Source: Octopus vulgaris
Lineage: Eukaryota
Reading direction: 5' to 3'
Length of the DNA stretch: 64,000 nt
Assembly: GCA_951406725.2 (NCBI GenBank)
Contig: OX597822.1
Span: 3,968,001-4,032,000 of the forward strand
Position numbers and translations under genes: made by a program. The notes beneath the pieces were generated by a model that saw only the letters and a list, made by a program, of their open reading frames with translations, made no database searches and was not told the origin of the DNA. Below, one piece after another: positions 25,561 through 39,273 of this stretch. Each line of letters begins with the position of its first letter. Within the stretch, counting starts at the first letter, position 1.

Positions 25561-26414
25561 TAGATGCATGTTCTTACACTGTCACTCAACTTGTGAGAAA
25601 CAGAAGCTAAATCTGGCACAAATAGCAAATAAATCTGCACATGCGCAATGAAGATCTTCATAAACTATGTCTGAAAAAATAAAAGATTTTTATCATCGCA
25701 GCAGATCATATGTTTTCCTGTTCGATTTCAGAACTAAATTAAAGGTAATGATCAATAACAAAGGAACTGATCTAACAGCTTTTCTTTTTTAAGGGCACTC
25801 TATCTTAAGATCTGCTTAAGTTTATACGTCGCATGTCAAAGCAAACTTCCATTCTCACTCTTGTAGAAATTCAAATAAAATAACATATCGACTTGTATTA
25901 CTCACGAAGACTTACATCCCCTCGGTGATTAATTCTATAGACATTTTATATAAAACATATGTATAAGGAATAACATAAAAAAGGAGCAGCTTACTTTAAC
26001 ATAGGCTATTAAGATCTAAGAAGAGTCAATGAACGACACTAGCAGAATTGCTAAGTGCAATGGCTAGATATGAATGTTCATAAAGCGATGTATCTTCTCA
26101 GTACTATCCACTTGTCTCGATAAGTTTTAAACAAATGACAGATGAAAGCAATCGTGTTATAGAGCTGAAACCAGTGGTTTCAAAAGCCATAAGTTGAAAA
26201 AGTATGGTTGATAGATTAAACTGAATTTTTAACAAATTTATTTGTTCAACTGATAACGTGAAAGGACACAGAACATCAACAAATGAACCGACGACTTAGG
26301 AATCACAAAGTAGACTACGTCTTTATTCCTAGGATGCAATGCTGTGAGATCCGAGGACGCCATGCTGTTGCACTGTTCGTCTTAAAAGATCTTTTAGTTT
26401 AAAAAGTTGACCCG

Positions 26415-26700
26415 GTAAGTTACTTAGGACGTAAACACGCCAACATCGGTTGTCAAGTGATGGTGTGTGGATAAACATAGTCACAAAACCACACGTAAAT
26501 ATATACAGATATATACGACGACTTCTTTCAGTTTCCGTCTACCAAATCCACACACAAGGTTTTGGTTGTCCCGAGACTATAGAAGACACTTACCCATGAT
26601 GCCACGCAGTGGGACTGAACCTGGAAGCTGGTGGCTGGGAAGCTAGCTTCCTACCACAGCCACACCTGCACCTATGCACACAGCCACACCTAAGCCTACG
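26415..26700 (-). mobile_element. SINE family A
   Basis: Matches 10020-10290; head end (cacagccacacct) locally duplicated. Confidence 0.85.
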
Positions 26701-27029
26701 TAGATTATAGTTGCGAATACCTGAAACACATGAGTCCTGTAGATGCTGTGGAAATCTATAATTAGGGTTGTCGACACTACGATTGGAGTTCACTCATGCT
26801 GAGCTTGACTTCAGCGGTCAGCTTTTCGGAATCGATAAAAAGATTGAACAAACAATAAACGAATTTTTGAGTTCATATCATTGTATGGCTTGCGTCATTT
26901 TAACAGTATGGCTTGCTAAATTTGACAGTTTGCATTAAAGGAAAAGAAAGCACAATATCTCATCGAAAAATACAAGTGTTTTAAAAGATCAAAAAGTATC
27001 AACTAGATTACGGCTAGGACATGATAGTC

Positions 27030-27878
27030 CACTCCAAGTTGCCGCCATTAGCTTCCACCACGGCCGGAAGAAGGCTCTGGAACCTGGCACACACGTTGTT
27101 CGCTTTGTTCCTGGGAAGATTTTCGAACACCTCCTTGATCCTGGCCACCGGCTCAGCCCTGGTGTTGCAGACAGAGTGCTCTGTGTCTTTTTAAACCGCC
27201 CCCTACATTATAATCCACGGGAGTACAATCGGGGTAACTAAGAGGTCTAAAATTGGGGCTGATGAAGTTGTAGAAATTCTCCGACAACCACGTCTAACTC
27301 TTTCCGGAGGTATGGCAAGGAACTGAAACATTCTTATTTCGTTATTGCCCACAAGGGGCTAAACATAGAGGGGACAAACAAGGACAGGCAAAGGGGTTAA
27401 GTCGATTATATCGACCCCAGGGCATAACAGGTACTTAATTTATCGACCCCGAAAGCATGAAAAGCAAAGTCGACCTCGGCAGAATTTGAACTCAGAATGT
27501 AGCAGCAGACGAAACACCTATTTCGTTACTACCCACAAGGGGCTAAACACAGAGAGGACAAACAAGGACAGACAAACGGTTTAAATCGATCATATCGACC
27601 CCAGTGCGTAACTAGTACTTAATTTATCGACCCCAAAAGGATGAAAGGCAAAGTTGATTTCGGCGGAATTTGAACTCAGAACGTAACGGCAGACGAAATA
27701 CCGCTAAGCATTTCGCCCGGCGTGCTAACATCTCTGCCAGCTTGCTGCCTTCAAGGAAGTGAAACGTTCTGCCACACATATGCCCCCCCCCCCCAGCAGC
27801 AACGCTCTTCAGCGTTTGATTGGCCAAAGCCTCCAGCAGCCTCACATAACCGTCTGAATTGAGCCTTAGACTCGGTCC
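27030..27878 (-). mobile_element. DD37D (maT-like) transposase relic interrupted by a SINE
   Basis: LRLNSDGYVRLLE...YVWQ / PCHTSGKS*TWLSENF...YPDCTPVDY...CNTRAE..ARIKEVF...AVVEANGG; 37 residues between the second and third catalytic positions. Confidence 0.85.
27335..27751 (-). mobile_element. Dimeric family-B SINE with 19 bp TSD
   Basis: TSD caaggaactgaaacattct (27316-27334) vs caaggaagtgaaacgttct (27752-27770); internal ~185 bp tandem duplication. Confidence 0.92.
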
Positions 27879-27939
27879 AAAGAAGTGGGAGGTAATCCCG
27901 TCGTGCAGACATAGTCAAAACGCCGGCTGTGTCCTTTCC

Positions 27940-28130
27940 TGCTAGCCATGGCCTTATAATCTCCGTTACAGCTTTTACAGTGTTCACAGAGCATTGAGCA
28001 GCATCCATGCTGTTGGCATTTTGATACTCGGAGTCTATCACCAATATCGTGATGGCTTCAAGTCCTCTATGTCATCTACAACTTTAATTTTCATCGTCTC
28101 TAAAGCCGTCGACTGTTCACCAATACATCT
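27940..28130 (+). mobile_element. Possible very old LINE RT remnant
   Basis: LIFIVSKAVDC resembles the xxxLDISKAFDxV motif of non-LTR RTs; little else is recognisable. Confidence 0.25.
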
Positions 28131-28682
28131 AGCTGTCCCTGAAAAATAAGGTGGGGAGACATAAAATTCGTCAAAATTAGCCTGAATACCCTCTAATTAA
28201 ATAATCAAATATCAAATTATGTAATATATGTTTTAAAAATTTATCACAGTTCATTTATTGTTTGTTTAATCTAACATTATTTAATGTAGATAATTATGAA
28301 CATGGAGGAGGAAAACCTCCATAGAGACGATGGTGGTGTATTGATAAACTGCTATATATTGATTGATTTTTAAGGGTGCTTCATTTCAACGTTGACTACG
28401 TGAAACGTTTGATGATATAATGAGCATCAGGGGTTACGCTATAGCGCGCAATTTTATTATGTTTAGTAAATGAAAGGGGACGTATTCTAAGTGAATAACT
28501 GTGTTTAATGTATGTTTCAGTGAGTTGGAATTATTTTATGTACTGAATGTTAAAAGGTTTCCATGGCTGTTGCCTTTTCGTATTTATTGTTATTTGTGAT
28601 TTATTGACTTACCTGTTTATTTTACGATCATATTGACAACAAATCTTATGTTTTGACTTCCTCGTATTTACTCTTCACGTCT

Positions 28683-28787
28683 ACAACAACAAATACAATA
28701 ACGATATGAACAACAACAACAACAACAACGATGGTAACTGTTATAATAACAACTGTGATGACATCAGCACCAAATACAACAAATACA

Positions 28788-28843
<56 letters not shown>

Positions 28844-28892
28844 CATCAGCACCAAATACAACAAATACAAGGTAGTAGTAGTAGTAGTAGTG

Positions 28893-28944
<52 letters not shown>

Positions 28945-28945
28945 C

Positions 28946-28976
<31 letters not shown>

Positions 28977-29491
28977 CATCAGCACCAAATACGGTGGCAA
29001 CAATTACAACGACAACGCGGTTACTTACGGAACATCAACTGCGTCTGTAACAGCAACAAAAACAACTTTGGCACCGACAACAATAACTAAAACAACACCA
29101 AAAACAACAACTCTGATGCCTACTCGCACTGAGTGACCTACCTTTCCATCTCTTTGCTACCATTATTGTCTCGGTTGCTGCCACTACAACTACTAGGTCT
29201 GTTGTTGTCTCGGCTACTAGTACCACCACCACTATTACTACTACTACTGCTGCTTCTGTTGCTACAACAACTACTACTACTGCTGCTGCCGCTACTACTA
29301 CTACTGCTACTACTACTACTACTACTACTACTGCTGCTGCTGCTACTACTACTACTACTACTACTACTAGTACTACTACTACTACTACTACTAATAATAA
29401 TAATAATAATAATAACCATCATAATAATAATGATAATAATAATAAAACTACCATTGTTGCTACTTCTTCAGCCGTTGTTGCAACTGTTACG

Positions 29492-29541
<50 letters not shown>

Positions 29542-29580
29542 TTCTGCAGATACTGCTGTTGTTACTACTTCTGCTGCTAT
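28683..29580. repeat. (CAA)n/(TAG)n/(CTA)n/(TAA)n triplet field with a triplicated catcagcaccaaatac spacer
   Basis: Direct inspection. Confidence 0.95.
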
Positions 29581-29854
29581 AACTTCTATTAAGATAGTTT
29601 CAATTTTTTTCTCTATTGTTCATCTTAATGAATACCTTTTGTATTATGCGTTTAAGTACCCACTTTACGCGTGGGGGAGGCACACCATGACACCTGGTTT
29701 CACACAACTCTCGGGATCTTGAGTGCCTTTAGCGGTACTCGCTCCGTTGCAAGCATTCGGACCAGACCAGACATTCAACCCAAGGATTTCTCTGATCGAC
29801 CCACGCTTCAATGCATCTTCACTTCTGTGCGTCCCAAAAGATAAATCCAAACTC

Positions 29855-30140
29855 CTTGGAGGACTTTTCCTTCTATTTTCAAACATTAGAGGTCCTCTTC
29901 CTTGCCCAGATTGTGCACACCATCCCTTACTCACACGCAAGCCACATTTCCTATTTCTCTCGGAGGTACAAATTTATCAATTTCTATTTACAACATATCT
30001 CCGCTGTCTAAAATATACCCACTAACACAATTTTCATTCCAACAATAGACTTCACTCTCCCTTCTCTGAGCTTTTTCACCTGAATTTCTGCAAAAACTGC
30101 AACTCAATCCGAAATGGACACGTTGTCTTGTTTCTGTGCC
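29855..30140 (+). pseudogene. APE endonuclease N-terminus of a CR1/Jockey-type LINE
   Basis: LLFSNIRGP...HHPLLTRKPHFLFLSEVQ matches the APE motif NIRGL...PxLLFLxETx. Confidence 0.7.
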
Positions 30141-30639
30141 GTCCATAAATGCACGTGCTATAAATCTATCTATAAATTTAACAAGTTAAAGGAAATATCA
30201 AGTTTCTATGCCGCACAGCTAATGTAATTGAAAGCTAATTTCTGGGAACGGTTTTTATTAGGCAAATGCTGAGACACAATATAAATTACACTTAAGCTTT
30301 AACTATTATTGAGGGAAAATACTTAATACCGGTTATTGCGTGGTTGATTGAGTATCATTTACACTTATTTGTACGCTTCCTTCCCATTATAAACACCTAC
30401 TAATACACGATGCATACCGAAAGGTTTTGTGGTTTCGTTAATGGAAGGTGGTAGGGGTTCACTTCCCTGCTAGAAATACATATCGAATGCAAATGGCATC
30501 GAATGACCAACTGGATGAAATGTCCTCCTGGGGTTAAAAATGGCAGTAACGTCGGTTCCTACGGAACAACCTTGTTTAAGTAGCGATGAGCATTGCTTAT
30601 ATATATATATATATCGCGTTTTTTCCCTCTGTTCGCCCA

Positions 30640-30713
<74 letters not shown>

Positions 30714-30715
<2 letters not shown>

Positions 30716-31018
30716 AGCACTCCGTCGGTTGTGATGACGAGGGTCCCAGCTGATACGATCAACGGAACAGCTTGCTCGTGAAATCAACGTACAAGTGGCT
30801 GAGCACTCCACAAACACGTCTACTCTTAATGTAGTTCTCAGGGAGATTTAGCGGGACGCAGAGTGTGACAAGGCTGACCCTTTGAAATACAGGTACTACT
30901 CATTTTTGCCGGCTGAGTGGACTGGAGCAACGTGAAATAAAGTGTCTTGCTCAAGGACACAACGCATCGCCGGGAATCGAACTCACGACCTTACGATCAT
31001 GAGCCGAATGCCCCTAAC

Positions 31019-31022
<4 letters not shown>
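30714..31022 (-). mobile_element. SINE family D inserted in (TA)n
   Basis: Minus strand agtggttaggggcattcggctc, B-box gagttcgattccc, CORE-like gttgtgtccttgagcaagacact. Confidence 0.92.
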
Positions 31023-31068
<46 letters not shown>

Positions 31069-32177
31069 GTATGTAAAGAAGGAGAGAGAAAGAGGGCTTC
31101 TATATGCCATTATACTGTTGCATCTTATTCTGTGTTCTATGTAATGTGTGTGTGAGTGAGTGAGTGTGTGTATGTGAGTGAGTGAGTGAGTGAGTCAGTC
31201 AGTCAGTCAGTCAGTCAATCAGTCAGTCAGTGTGAGCGCGAGCGCGCGCGTGTGTGTGTGTGTATGTGTGATGGTGTTCAGATTCGTTCGACTCAATTCA
31301 CTTTTATGTATACCATTATTATAAAAAATTCAGATGTGCCCTTCGTATGTCAAAACAATTTCGTGTAAAATACTTAATGCACAATACTTACTTTTGCAAC
31401 TTGTCCCTACAATACTTTCGATATTGAATGATAAATTCTTTATCTGGTTGTAGTTAAAACAGGCGTTGTGTTTTGCTTTTTATCATCTAAATATTTGAAT
31501 TTTTTTAAAGCTCACATTCAGTTAGCGATGCTTCTGTTGACGGTCAACACATGGATATTGAGTTTGTGCTTGCGATATCACCAGAAACTAATATGTTTGA
31601 CAGACCTGTAAAGTTTTATGCTCGTTTATATGAAAAACTAGCTTTCTGCGTTATTGTATAGATTTTCATATCTATGGATTAACCTCTGCATTCATTCTAT
31701 CAATGCACGATGTGTTTTAAAATATTAAAATTCACTGTTAGAAAATATATTCTTTGTCATATTTGTTTTGAGAAGCATTTTGTTGTTATTATGAGAAGTA
31801 CTTTGCAGCATTCACACGCGCGCATTTGCATGCTCACACGTTCATGTATACAAACACGCATAAATATATGCACGATGTGTTTTAAAATATTAACAGAAAT
31901 TCAAAAACATAGAAATATAACGACAGCAAATTCAGTTGAAAACTAGAAACCAAACAGTTGAAAGAAAAGTATATACACCCACCGAAAATACTACATATTG
32001 ATGTCGATAAAATTATTTTGGAAACTTAAGCATCACCTTCTTGTAGGAAAACATCAACTCCTAAAGGAATAGAAGCGAGATATAGACAAACACCTACCGG
32101 TGAAAATATTATTCATGAAACTTCCCAAATGTAACAAGATTGGTTTCAGATAAAAATTCTTGAAAAGAAAATAAACG

Positions 32178-32679
32178 TTCATTACATACACACACACACA
32201 TACATGTATAAACCAGCATGCAGACAGACATACATACATACAGACAGACAGACAGACAGGTAGACAGATAGATAGATAGATGGAGGATTGGATGGATGGA
32301 TGGATGGATGGATACATACATATATACATACATACATGCATGAATACATACATACATACATACATATATACATACATACATGCATGCATGCATGCATGCA
32401 TACATACATACATACATACTTACATACATACATACATACATGCATGCATGCATGCATACATACATACATATATACATACATACATACATACATACATACA
32501 TTCATACATACATACATACATTCATACATACATACATACCTACATACATACATACATACATATATACATACTTCATTACACACACACACATACATGTATA
32601 AACCAGCATGCAGACAGACATACATACATACAGACAGACAGACAGACAGGCAGACAGACAGACAGACAGACATACATAC

Positions 32680-32714
<35 letters not shown>

Positions 32715-32750
32715 CATACATACATACATACATACATACATACATGGATG

Positions 32751-32841
<91 letters not shown>

Positions 32842-33390
32842 CATACATACAGGATTGGATGGATGGATGGATACATACATACATACATACTACATACATA
32901 CATACATGAATACATACATACATACATACATACATATACATACATACATACATGCATACATACATACATACATACATACATATACATACATACATACATA
33001 CATACATGCATGCATGCATGCATACATACATACATACATACATACATACATACATGCATGCATGCATGCATGCATACATACATATATACATACATACATA
33101 CCTACCTACATACATACATACATACATACATATATACATACATGAATGCATGCATACATACATACATACATACATACATACATGCATGCATGCATACATA
33201 CATACATATATCCATACATACATACCTACCTACATACATACATACATACGCACATACATACATACATACATATATACATACATACATACATACATACATA
33301 CATACATACATACATACATACATACATACATACATACATGCGTACGTACATACATACATACATTCGTACGTACATCTAGACAGATAGACG
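32178..33390. repeat. Compound (TACA)/(TGCA)/(TAGA)/(CAGA)/(TGGA) tetranucleotide field with a ~395 bp higher-order duplication
   Basis: ttcattac...catgtataaaccagcatgcagacagac occurs at 32178 and 32572. Confidence 0.92.
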
Positions 33391-33444
33391 AAATCCAGAA
33401 AAGCATTATAACTTCGTTGGTTGATTCTTCTTTCGCTATCCTGA

Positions 33445-33658
33445 AACATCGTATCAGAAGTTCCTGGCTTTCGGTAAAAGAAAATACAGGAAGTTCAGTT
33501 ATGTTCTTTTCCAACATATTCCCCTCTCAGATTAACTCGCTTATTGAAAGCAACCCTTCAGTTTATCGAAGCCCTTTAAAAGAACTCAGAAGTTTGAGCC
33601 TCCAACCAAGCCTTTCGCGAGACCCTTAAACACAGGAACTTTTCAACACCCCCTCGTA
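33445..33658. mobile_element. Mariner-derived MITE
   Basis: Right end caggaacttttcaacaccccctcgTA, mirrored by left aagttcctg (left TIR eroded). Confidence 0.65.
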
Positions 33659-33959
33659 AAAAAGCACGTTGTTTACATCTGTGTATAGGAGTTAGCCATT
33701 GGTTAAACTCGACAATGCATCTACACATGTATATTCAGGCCTGAGCAAGATCTACATTACAAATTTTTTCTTAATTTTAGGAAGACTAGTGGTGCCCATG
33801 CATATCTGTCTCCCTTCCTTCCCACCACAGATGTTAATCCAGGAGAAAGGCACCCCACATGATCTGAAACAGCTTGGCAACAGTGTTACTCTCTAAAGGC
33901 AAGCAACCAGAACAGATACCATAAACATATTACTTGACAGTCTAATATTTCTGCCTGTC

Positions 33960-34325
33960 ATTCGACCAGGAATAGAACTCATATTTTAATCAACCCTGAA
34001 AGGATAAAATGCAAAGTTGACATCAACGGGATTTGAAATCAGATCGCAGACACAGCCTGTACCACACTCTATTGATTCTCCCAACTCTCTATTTAGTTAT
34101 CACTTCGTATATACAAGACGATCGCGCTAAAATTTAATGATACTTCAGGTATTGGTGAATCGGTGAACGGCGTTGGAGAGCATGAAGATTAAAGTTATAA
34201 TTGAGAAAAAGTTAGCTGACAGGGAGTACTGGAAACCATCTGAATAACGATTTCAAATTTGGACAAAACCTCAACGAAGAAGGGGTAAGTCGATTACATT
34301 GACCCCAGTGTACAACTGGTACTTA
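33960..34325 (-). mobile_element. Two family-B SINE fragments
   Basis: ccctgaaaggataaaatgcaaagttgac...atttgaa and ggggtaagtcgattacattgaccccagtg. Confidence 0.65.
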
Positions 34326-34342
34326 ACACCAAAGATGAACTG

Positions 34343-34583
34343 AAGGCAAAGATTATGATACCATTGACCAACTTAAACAAGGAGACCGTCCAGAAGAGTT
34401 GCAGGAAATTCCGAAGTCATCTGGAGGCCGTGGTTGAAGTCAATGGTGATTTTATTGAATAAATTGACCCTTTAGTATGTAAAAATATTTTTATGCAATT
34501 ATGGTAAATATACGTTAAAATGAGAGGTCAATGTTATTTTCATTTTTGCGTAATTTACACGACTGTTTTTTCACCGCCCTCTG

Positions 34584-34585
<2 letters not shown>
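34343..34585 (+). mobile_element. 3' end and TIR of a DD37D element
   Basis: TNLNKETVQKSCRKFRSHLEAVVEVNGDFIE*, same family as 48215; ends caccgccctctgTA. Confidence 0.85.
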
Positions 34586-34625
<40 letters not shown>

Positions 34626-34910
34626 TATATAGATGTAGATATATATATATATATATATAGACAGATAGATAGATAAATACATACATACATACATACATGC
34701 ATACATACATATATACGTATATATGTACACACACATTTATATGTGTGTGTGTATATATATATATATGTATGTATGCATGTATATATGTACGTATGTATGT
34801 ATATGTGCATTACCTTATATATTACGTTCTAGACATATTTTTTTCAGAAAGTTAATGACTATTATCTCAGAGAGGCATAACTATCGATATTTAAAATATA
34901 ATATACTCTA

Positions 34911-34955
<45 letters not shown>

Positions 34956-34975
34956 TAGATAGATAGATATATATA

Positions 34976-35008
<33 letters not shown>

Positions 35009-35445
35009 TCATATATACATATATACATAAACATATATATATATATACATATATACATAAACACACACATATATATATATATGTGTGTGTGTTTGTGTAT
35101 GGATAACAAAATTTGCTTAAGTACTTCAGTTTATATCAATAATTTTGGATATCTAGCAATACAACAACAGCAACTCAGGCGGCGATGTTGATATTCGTAT
35201 GTTGTTGTTGCTGTTGTTGTTGTTGTTGTTGTTGTTGTTTTTATGTAAATATTGTTGTTCTTGCTCTCGTTGATGTCAATGTCATTAATTTTATTTTCCC
35301 TCGTAAAATTTCAATCAGCCGTTTCGTTAGCATCATATTTTTTTTTTATTTCCTTTCTTTAAGAGTAGCAAAACAAAAGAAACAAACCACATAAACCAGA
35401 CAAACACAAATTATATATATATATATGTATTCATATATATATACG

Positions 35446-35486
<41 letters not shown>

Positions 35487-35500
35487 GTATATATATATGA

Positions 35501-35545
<45 letters not shown>

Positions 35546-35591
35546 GTATATATATATACTTATATATATAAATATATATTTATATATATAC

Positions 35592-35639
<48 letters not shown>

Positions 35640-35641
<2 letters not shown>

Positions 35642-35945
35642 AGGCGCAATGGCCAAGTGGTTAGGGCAGCGGACTCGCGGCTGTAGGATCGCGGTTTTGA
35701 TTCCCAGACCGGGCGTTGTGAGTGTTTATTGAGCGAAAACACCTAAAGCTCCACGAGGCTCCGGCAGGGAGTGTTGGCGATCCCCGCTGTACTCTTTCGC
35801 TACAACTTTCTTTCACTCTTCTGTTGGCCGGCTTGCTTAGCCAGCGGGGTGGCGTCATCTGAAGGCTAAAGCAATCCGAAGCGCATTGTGACCAGCGATG
35901 TGTAGCAACATCTGATAGCCTGATAGCCTGGTCGGTCACGGTGAT
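35640..35945 (+). mobile_element. SINE with family-C head and an alternative tail
   Basis: ggaggcgcaatggccaagtggttagggcagcggactcgc...cacctaaagctccacgaggctccggcag; 3' part differs from the 4951 copy. Confidence 0.85.
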
Positions 35946-36044
35946 ATATATATATATGTATATATATACTCCTTTTATGCTTTACTTCTTACAGTCATTA
36001 GACTGCAGCCATGCTGGGTTCTTCTTCTATGAGTTTAGTCGAAC

Positions 36045-36353
36045 AAATTGACTCCAGTGCCTTTATTTATTTATTTATTTTTTTTTTTGTTCAAGATTTG
36101 GATCTCTTTTTGCCGAAATACCAAACTGCTAAGTTACCGGGAGAAAAACACCAGTTATCAAGCGATTATGGCAGACACACTGAAACACAAACACGCCCGC
36201 GTGCACACGCACACTTACACATACATATACACTCATACTCACACAAACACATTCATATGTGTGTGTGTGTGTGTGTGTGTTATTGTATTTATATTTGTGA
36301 AACATTGTCTGGTTTTTTTTCATCCTTGTTTTTGTATACATTCGCTGCTTTCT

Positions 36354-36384
<31 letters not shown>

Positions 36385-37047
36385 ATATGAATTAGAAGCT
36401 GCCCGAGGTATACAAACAAGATCAAACACACATACACAAGGTTCGTGTGTTGCTAGTTCGTGGGTTTGCTGCGGTTTTTAGGCGCAAGAGAATATATTCT
36501 CTATGCGCTTGATGAAAAGATTACCAGAAATTAAGTCATAATCAAACGATACAGCTCACATAGTCATAGTTGTCGATATGGTTCGGTATGCATCATTGAT
36601 AAGTCAAAGCAATGATCAAACATCAATGTTTGGCGCTCCAGGAACGGACCTATGTGTGTTGTCGCGCTTGACTAAATCTTAATTTGAGGTGTTTCTTTTT
36701 TACACCAGGGGCATAGAAAACATATACTTTTACGGCTAAAAACTGCAGCCGACCCACGAACTAACAACATACATACCTTGTGTTTGTGTGTTTATACCTT
36801 GTGTATGTGTGTTTGATTCTGTTTATGTACCTCGGGCTGCTTTTAATTCTTATTTGAATGTGTGTGTGTGCGGGGGGGGGGGGGGTTATGGGTGGGTGTG
36901 TGGGTGTAAGTGTGCGAGTGTGTTTATGTTTCTGTCCGCCATCACCGCTTGACAACCGATGTTTTTGTCCTGGTAACTTTGCAGTTTGACAGTTTGGCAA
37001 AAAGAAATCAATAAAGGCTTGAAAAGAAAGGTACTGGGGAAAATTTG
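36045..37047. repeat. Old ~1 kb inverted duplication (outer arms SINE-A fragments, inner arms 36379-36575 and 36640-36859)
   Basis: attcaaatatgaattagaagctgcccgaggt mirrors acctcgggctgcttttaattcttatttgaat; the outer SINE pieces share the same indels. Confidence 0.85.
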
Positions 37048-37094
37048 TAATATGTATGGTCGATTTTCTTGATGTGTGTATGTGTGTGTGTGAT

Positions 37095-37506
<412 letters not shown>

Positions 37507-37521
37507 GTATATATATATATA

Positions 37522-37724
37522 TGTAAATGTAATATGTGAGAGTTATTCGGTAGCCAAGATAAAACTCTGAGTTTCGGATGCCGAGGTGCAAATCCACACC
37601 ATCTCTTCAGTTATCCGGCCATCGGAAAAAACGCTATGAAAAAAGACCATTATACAAAGGGGAATTACTGTGTTATTGACCGCTATTTAGACAAAAGCGC
37701 TATTCGAATGACCGCTAAGTAAGG

Positions 37725-37726
<2 letters not shown>
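37522..37726 (-). mobile_element. ~205 bp non-coding element between (TA)n tracts, containing a hammerhead motif
   Basis: Unique segment bounded by long (TA)n on both sides; see 37558-37615. Confidence 0.65.
37558..37615 (-). ncRNA. Type I hammerhead ribozyme motif
   Basis: Minus strand: gataa-CTGAAGA-GATG...CATC-c-GAA-ACT-cag-AGT-T-ttatc; stems I, II and III can all pair; cleavage triplet GUU. Confidence 0.7.
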
Positions 37727-37787
<61 letters not shown>

Positions 37788-37790
<3 letters not shown>

Positions 37791-38545
37791 TAATTCATAA
37801 TAGAATATAAGGATAAAATCACGTTAATGATTTTTATCAGGTAATCAGCATGCTATAAAAATTTATAGGTAATTTACACATTAAATTAATAATTGGATCC
37901 ATGTCTTTTTAATATTCTTTCACTAGCTTGTTTTCAACCATGTGTATATTTAATCTGGAGTTTTTGATAGTTTTTGAGTATCCCGGCGCTTCAAGCATGT
38001 TGGAGTTGGGGCGTTTTCAATTTGCTCCCTTAATACAATTATATGCATATGTATGTAATTATTAATTTAATGTATAAATTACCTATAAATTTTTATAGCA
38101 TGCTGACTACCTGATAAAAATCATTACCGTGATTTTATCCTTATATTCTATTATGAATTAATAGATAAAATAAAATAATTTAATTGTTTTTATTCCTGAT
38201 CGGAATAGCATTTCCTGCTGGGTTATTCTGATAATATCCACCGAGCTGTCGTGAAAGTATTCAAATTTGAAGTATCTTGGATCTATACTTGCAAATATTT
38301 GTATGTAGACGGGCGAATCTGCTTTGTACGGTAAGCATAGTTATTGGTGTTTATATTTCCCTTGTATTGTGTTGACGAAGGAAAATTGGACCCAATTTAC
38401 AATTAACGTGAAGTCTTCTTAGCCTTCCTTCAATAGCCGGGTTCAGCCATGTGTACATTTAATCTGGATTTTTTGGTAGTTTTTGAGTGTCCGGGCACTT
38501 CAAGCATGCTGGAGATGGGTCCTTTTTGCTTTTGGTCCCTGAACA
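37788..38545. repeat. Composite of inverted (37788-37894 / 38057-38163) and direct (~37935-38030 / ~38444-38540) repeats
   Basis: Direct inspection of both pairs. Confidence 0.85.
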
Positions 38546-38709
38546 TATATATATATATATCAATGTTAGTGTTATTATTATTCGCATAATGACCCTCCCA
38601 AGACACACATACACACACTATATATATACATACATATACAATACACACACACATGTATATACCTATATATATATATATATATATATACACGACGGTCTTC
38701 TTTTATTTC

Positions 38710-39104
38710 TGGTCGAACAACAGATTGCATTCCCAGAATATAGAATGATACCTTTTAGTGAGCACATTGAGAAATGCGCAAAGCAACTACTACCACAATT
38801 TTTAATCTTTCCATTTTACCAATGTGCTTTCGGATCATCAACACAAATTAGACTAAACAAGGAAACATTTTTCATTGAAAAGTACAAGCCCAGACTCAAC
38901 CATCCGAACATACTGATACAGAGAAATTCACACCAAGGGAAAGTAAAACATTTTAAGCGATTATCTCCCTTACACCGGAAGAAATCACTCACTACCTTCC
39001 CTTATTTAGAACTCTCCTGAACATAAACATAACGAAAACTCTATTCAACATAAACATAACGTCGCAAGAAATTTGAAAAGCTACACGCGAAACCGGTCTT
39101 TCTT
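38710..39104 (+). mobile_element. Penelope-like element 3' end: GIY-YIG C-terminus and hammerhead remnant
   Basis: EQQIAFPEYRMIPFSEHIEKC...FLIFPFYQC...RLNKETFFIEKYKPRLN (E..FI....P.LN motif), then aagaaa...gcGAAACCGGTCtttctt. Confidence 0.75.
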
Positions 39105-39235
39105 TTAAATTATGTCATTATAAGAGAAAAATTTTTTTTTTTTTTAAATTTTCTAATATTCTTCAGACATATTGACGCAAATATATATATATTTTAACAT
39201 TTAAGCCTTCTGTAGTTTTTTCACTCTTTACTATT

Positions 39236-39273
<38 letters not shown>

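Noticed and set aside
28140-28680. Minus-strand CAG|GTAAGT donor near 28610 with acceptor-like sites near 28680 and 28140
   Set aside because: All three frames are closed, and such motifs are expected by chance in 64 kb; needs RNA evidence.
28646-29582. Poly-N/V/S/L/Y ORFs resembling a mucin or low-complexity protein
   Set aside because: Triplet microsatellites are open in several frames on both strands, with no unique coding context.
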